Shown here in pieces: positions 55,911 to 59,205 of a stretch of DNA of 59,205 nucleotides; position 1 is the stretch's first letter, and each line of letters opens with the position of its first letter. The stretch lies in IMG/VR virus record IMGVR_UViG_3300032242_000711, positions 1 to 59,205 of that record. One strand, given 5' to 3'. Under the pieces are notes generated by a model. That model searched no databases. It was not told where the DNA came from and saw only the letters and a program-made list of their open reading frames with translations. The stretch is from a virus (lineage: Duplodnaviria; Caudoviricetes). Position numbers and translations under genes: made by a program.

Positions 55911-56385
55911 GATCGCGTATCTGGTATATACCAAATCCAACCAAAGCAAGTAATAGGGCAGCGGCAAGTAATCCCACAACCAGTTCGATAGCTTCTTTAG
56001 CCTCTTTTTTGCGTTTAGCTGCGGCATCTTTTTCCTTCTTGGCAGCTTTGGCAAACTCGGCTTCCATCGTTGCAGCGCGGGCCTTGATGCGGTTCCAGAG
56101 CTCCATGTGGTTGGGGTAGAAGAGCTTGTTCTTCACGTCCTCTTCAAACTGCCTGCTGCGCTCAAGCGCCATTTCAATTTCCATCGCCTTGCCCAGCGCG
56201 GAACCTTTGAACGTGCCGTTCTTGGACTCAACTACAACCTGAAGCGCGTTGGCCTTGGCGTCAAAATATCGGCCCAGAAAAGGGCCAAGGGACTCCACGT
56301 TTTGCGCGGTGTTGGCCGCTTTTTTCACAAGATTGACTGCCGAGTTGATGGCGTCAAGTGCTTCAGATGGGTCGATCGGGATCAT
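55894..56385 (-). CDS. helical protein with C-terminal TM anchor
   Basis: MIPIDP start with GGAG RBS; hydrophobic tail. Confidence 0.7.
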   Translation of the reverse strand: MIPIDPSEALDAINSAVNLVKKAANTAQNVESLGPFLGRYFDAKANALQVVVESKNGTFKGSALGKAMEIEMALERSRQFEEDVKNKLFYPNHMELWNRIKARAATMEAEFAKAAKKEKDAAAKRKKEAKEAIELVVGLLAAALLLALVGFGIYQIRDHAGNR

Positions 56386-56453
56386 ACTCACTCCAATTTG
56401 GGGCAGACTTCAACCCAACAGGACGGTCTGCCAGCGCCCCCTTTACCCCGGAG

Positions 56454-56636
56454 TTACGGGTTGGGTTGTTCAGGTTCCTCTGAAGGCGTAGGAATTTGTG
56501 GGATTGTCTGCGCTCTGATGGCTTGCACCAAGTCAGCAACTTGCTCATAAGGCGCTTTGGCCAGAGCAGACAAAATCATATTCACTGCGCCCAAAGGCAA
56601 AGTCAGGTTGATGGACGTGTTCAGTTCTTCACTCAT
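56454..56636 (-). CDS. small tail-associated protein
   Basis: L.L....VN.IL.AL...PY.QV..L...I..Q; GGAG RBS. Confidence 0.65.
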   Translation of the reverse strand: MSEELNTSINLTLPLGAVNMILSALAKAPYEQVADLVQAIRAQTIPQIPTPSEEPEQPNP

Positions 56637-56689
56637 ATAAAGTTCTCCAGTACCGCTGAGAAGGGGCAGCGGCGTGACCCCGTATTATT

Positions 56690-57016
56690 TTAAGCTGTGG
56701 CCCAAGGCAGTGCAGGCGACACCACTGGAGGATTGATCTGGTTGTCAATCTGAGTCTGCACAGCGGCTTCAGCAGAGGCTTTGTCCACGCCAGAACCCCA
56801 AATCCAACCCAGCACCTGATCCTGCGTCAATTGGGCGTAGGGGGTGTAGGGTGTGCCCGCAGCGTAAGTCACGCCGCAAGTGGAGTAGACCGAGCCAGTG
56901 TATGTGCCGTCAACACCAGAACAAGTCCAGTGTACGGTGAACACCACGTCAGTCTGACCCTCGGCTTGAGGGTAGCAGTCCATTGCGGTCACGCTCCATG
57001 TGATTTGAGTAGTCAT
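56690..57016 (-). CDS. tail-fibre-associated protein
   Basis: W....MD......DVV..VHW...PY..LT...V.GW...LPW; follows the fibre gene. Confidence 0.65.
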   Translation of the reverse strand: MTTQITWSVTAMDCYPQAEGQTDVVFTVHWTCSGVDGTYTGSVYSTCGVTYAAGTPYTPYAQLTQDQVLGWIWGSGVDKASAEAAVQTQIDNQINPPVVSPALPWATA

Positions 57017-59073
57017 GCTTTTCCTTCCAGTGCCGTGAGGCGTTTGCGTAATGATTGAATTTCAGCTACAAGGTCAGCAATGACCTCAGAGCTACTTGCT
57101 TGCATTGCTTGATAAACAGGTTTGCCGTTTGCATCAATAGCGTCTTTTGCTCCTGTCACGCTGTCGGCATAAACTTCTTGGAATTTGTGAGCCAAAAAGC
57201 CACGGGTACGTTGACCGTTTGAGTTCCATGTGTATTCAATAGGCTCAAGCGCATCAATACGCTCACCAGAACCAGACACAGCACCAACAACAGTTTTTAA
57301 ACGATAGTCAGAAGTAACCCCGTAAGTTGTTGTTGTTCCATTGGTGGTAATTGTGCCAACCAATGTTGACCCACCATAATAAAAACCCGCCAAATATGGC
57401 GCAGTATTGTCCACTCGCAATAAAAGAGCACCAATTCCTGATGAGGTTGATGTCAAATAAGAAGATAAACCCCAAGTAGCTGCTGTCTGGCGCACTTCCA
57501 TTTTTGGAGAGCCGCCCCATGCGCTTGTAGTCCCCACCAGCAAATTCCCACTGGAGTCTATACGGGCACGTTCTGTTGCTCCACTACTGCGAAAAATTTG
57601 TGTGTCAGCATCAAAATAATTGGTACTAGTGTCGCCAATAATTATTTTTCCTGTAGCACCAAATACACGCAATACACCGCCAGTTGTTGTAGTCCCCACC
57701 AGCAAATTCCCACTGGCATCCAACGTCATCGCCTGAGTAAACGTGATGGCATTACCTGCTGTGCCAGAGGGAGCGATATACCATTGATGTGCGCCAGCGC
57801 TTACGGCATAACGAGATGCAGAATATGTTTCAATATATTTAAAAGCGTTATCGGCATTTGCGTATGCGTTTGATAATAATTCAATGCTGTCTGTTCCACT
57901 GTAATTTCCAATAGCGGCTTTAGTTCGAAACTGCATTGCTGAGTAATTTGCTCCCCAAGCACTCGGAGTAACACCCAGTCCAAGGTTACCGGAGCTGTTT
58001 AAGACTAATTGGTCTGTGCTTCCATCATTGGATACATACAACGCACCTCCAATATTGGTGATGTAACTTGTGCCAGATACTGCGCCTAAAAGAGAAAGAC
58101 CCGCAGAATTAACATAACCATTACCAATGGCTTTTGATGTCAATCTAGCACTAGGAGAACTCGTCCCAATACCCAACCCTGTGCTGGTCAGGCGCATTTG
58201 TTCGGCTGTATCTAAATACCAAGTATGAAATCCTCCAAAGCCAACCGATAACCCAACTTCATGCCGATATTCACCAGTCCCCGCTGTTGCTCTATCTCTT
58301 GCAAAAGCAGTGCCTGAATATTGAAAAATAGTTCCCGCCAATGTACTGCTTGAGGCGTTGTTAATAATTGCGTTAGGCGTAGTAGCGGCAACTGTCAGAT
58401 TATTCCCATCAAACGTCAGCGCAGAACCAGTAGCCAATGCACTTGTGGAGCTTGCGTAGACCACACCGTTAGCGGTGAAGGATGTTAGACCTGTTCCACC
58501 GTAAGTTGTTCCCAGCGCGTTTGTCAGGTTAAGCGTGTTGGCTGTAAGCGTGGTTCCGTTAAAAGTCAAGTTGGCAGAGTCAGTCTCAAGACCGCCTGTA
58601 GTGGAATACACCACACGGCCCGATGTCAGGCCAGTGTTGGTAATAGAAGAGAAAACCCCCGATCCAGCCGTGTTGCTGATCTTGATGAAGTCTGAGCCGT
58701 TCCATGCGCACAGAGCCGATTCGCCCTTGATGATGGTCACGCCTGTGGTTGGGCCTGCGCCTACCAGCTTGATGCTCTGTGTGCTTGAGCTTGCGTTGAT
58801 GACCGTGTAAATCTTAGACTGCGCTGGAGCCGTAATGTTTCGAGTAACCGTGCCGCCCGCTGTCCACAAGAGAATCGCTTCACGCGCTGTGTTGGCCGCG
58901 CCTGCCGTAGTGGTCAGCGTGACATCAGCATCAGTGCTCAGAGTGGTTGTGCCTGCAACAGCAGAGTCCAGAAGGGATGTAATACTTTGGTTAACTAAAT
59001 CACCCCATGTCCCTGAATTTTCACCAGTTACTGGAAGAGCCAAGCCCAAGAGTGATGTATATGCTGTAGTCAT
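57013..59073 (-). CDS. tail fibre with C-terminal S74 intramolecular chaperone
   Basis: Repeated (D/N)xSGNL(L/G)xG units; TSDYRLK cleavage motif, GFLAH, terminal coil. Confidence 0.88.
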   Translation of the reverse strand: MTTAYTSLLGLALPVTGENSGTWGDLVNQSITSLLDSAVAGTTTLSTDADVTLTTTAGAANTAREAILLWTAGGTVTRNITAPAQSKIYTVINASSSTQSIKLVGAGPTTGVTIIKGESALCAWNGSDFIKISNTAGSGVFSSITNTGLTSGRVVYSTTGGLETDSANLTFNGTTLTANTLNLTNALGTTYGGTGLTSFTANGVVYASSTSALATGSALTFDGNNLTVAATTPNAIINNASSSTLAGTIFQYSGTAFARDRATAGTGEYRHEVGLSVGFGGFHTWYLDTAEQMRLTSTGLGIGTSSPSARLTSKAIGNGYVNSAGLSLLGAVSGTSYITNIGGALYVSNDGSTDQLVLNSSGNLGLGVTPSAWGANYSAMQFRTKAAIGNYSGTDSIELLSNAYANADNAFKYIETYSASRYAVSAGAHQWYIAPSGTAGNAITFTQAMTLDASGNLLVGTTTTGGVLRVFGATGKIIIGDTSTNYFDADTQIFRSSGATERARIDSSGNLLVGTTSAWGGSPKMEVRQTAATWGLSSYLTSTSSGIGALLLRVDNTAPYLAGFYYGGSTLVGTITTNGTTTTYGVTSDYRLKTVVGAVSGSGERIDALEPIEYTWNSNGQRTRGFLAHKFQEVYADSVTGAKDAIDANGKPVYQAMQASSSEVIADLVAEIQSLRKRLTALEGKA
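57525..57716. repeat. 30-bp perfect direct repeat in the tail fibre gene
   Basis: TTGTAGTCCCCACCAGCAAATTCCCACTGG at 57525-57554 and 57687-57716. Confidence 0.85.
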
Positions 59074-59083
59074 GTTTAAAACC

Positions 59084-59205
59084 TCAAGTTACGACTTCTT
59101 CCCATGCGGGGGTCTGTGCTGTTTCAACACCGCTCCAAGCAGGCGTCTGCGAAGTACCGACATTTTGCCAGTTTGGAGTCTGCGTGTCACCTATTAACGT
59201 CCAAT
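59084..59205 (-). CDS. C-terminal end of a late protein with QTPxW repeats (partial)
   Basis: Read by hand: WTLIGDTQTPNWQNVGTSQTPAWSGVETAQTPAWEEVVT*; 11-residue periodicity. Confidence 0.7.
   Translation of the reverse strand, partial: WTLIGDTQTPNWQNVGTSQTPAWSGVETAQTPAWEEVVT

Noticed and set aside
57013-59073. Diversity-generating retroelement target
   Set aside because: No reverse transcriptase; the repeat is short and identical, with no adenine-specific differences.

Overview
The window is a near-complete genome of a tailed dsDNA bacteriophage (Caudoviricetes). It is podovirus-like: there is no tail tube, sheath or long tape-measure gene. Two arms are transcribed divergently from a non-coding region at 15.2-15.6 kb and converge at a terminator at about 39.57 kb. 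The minus-strand late arm (15185 to 1, continuing 59205 to 39583) encodes terminase, portal, a GroES-like co-chaperonin, scaffold, a Mu-gpT-like major capsid protein, an HNH endonuclease, a cluster of small basic Gly-Gly-motif proteins, adaptor and nozzle proteins, an S74 tail fibre, a GH108 endolysin/holin pair and several internal/ejection proteins, including a 2071-aa protein. The plus-strand early/replication arm (15570-39548) encodes many small genes, a DksA/TraR-type Zn finger, an AAA+/VWA-metallopeptidase pair, VRR-NUC, a family A DNA polymerase, a PD-(D/E)XK exonuclease, an SNF2 helicase, an SSB-like protein and a DUF927 primase-helicase. I saw no integrase, tRNA, rRNA, CRISPR array or reverse transcriptase. 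Both ends cut late genes, so a short piece is missing. The strongest signals are: a shared [MYFL]-[AKS]-x-G-G motif in virion-arm proteins; a TTAAC-N3/4-GTTAA palindrome seen only in the early arm, often wrapping the RBS; an early mini-protein resembling the scaffold's C-terminal tail; two structured RNA leaders; an iteron-like TGTTCC cluster; and repeat-jointed gene cassettes. All family calls come from motif recognition by eye; no database search was run.
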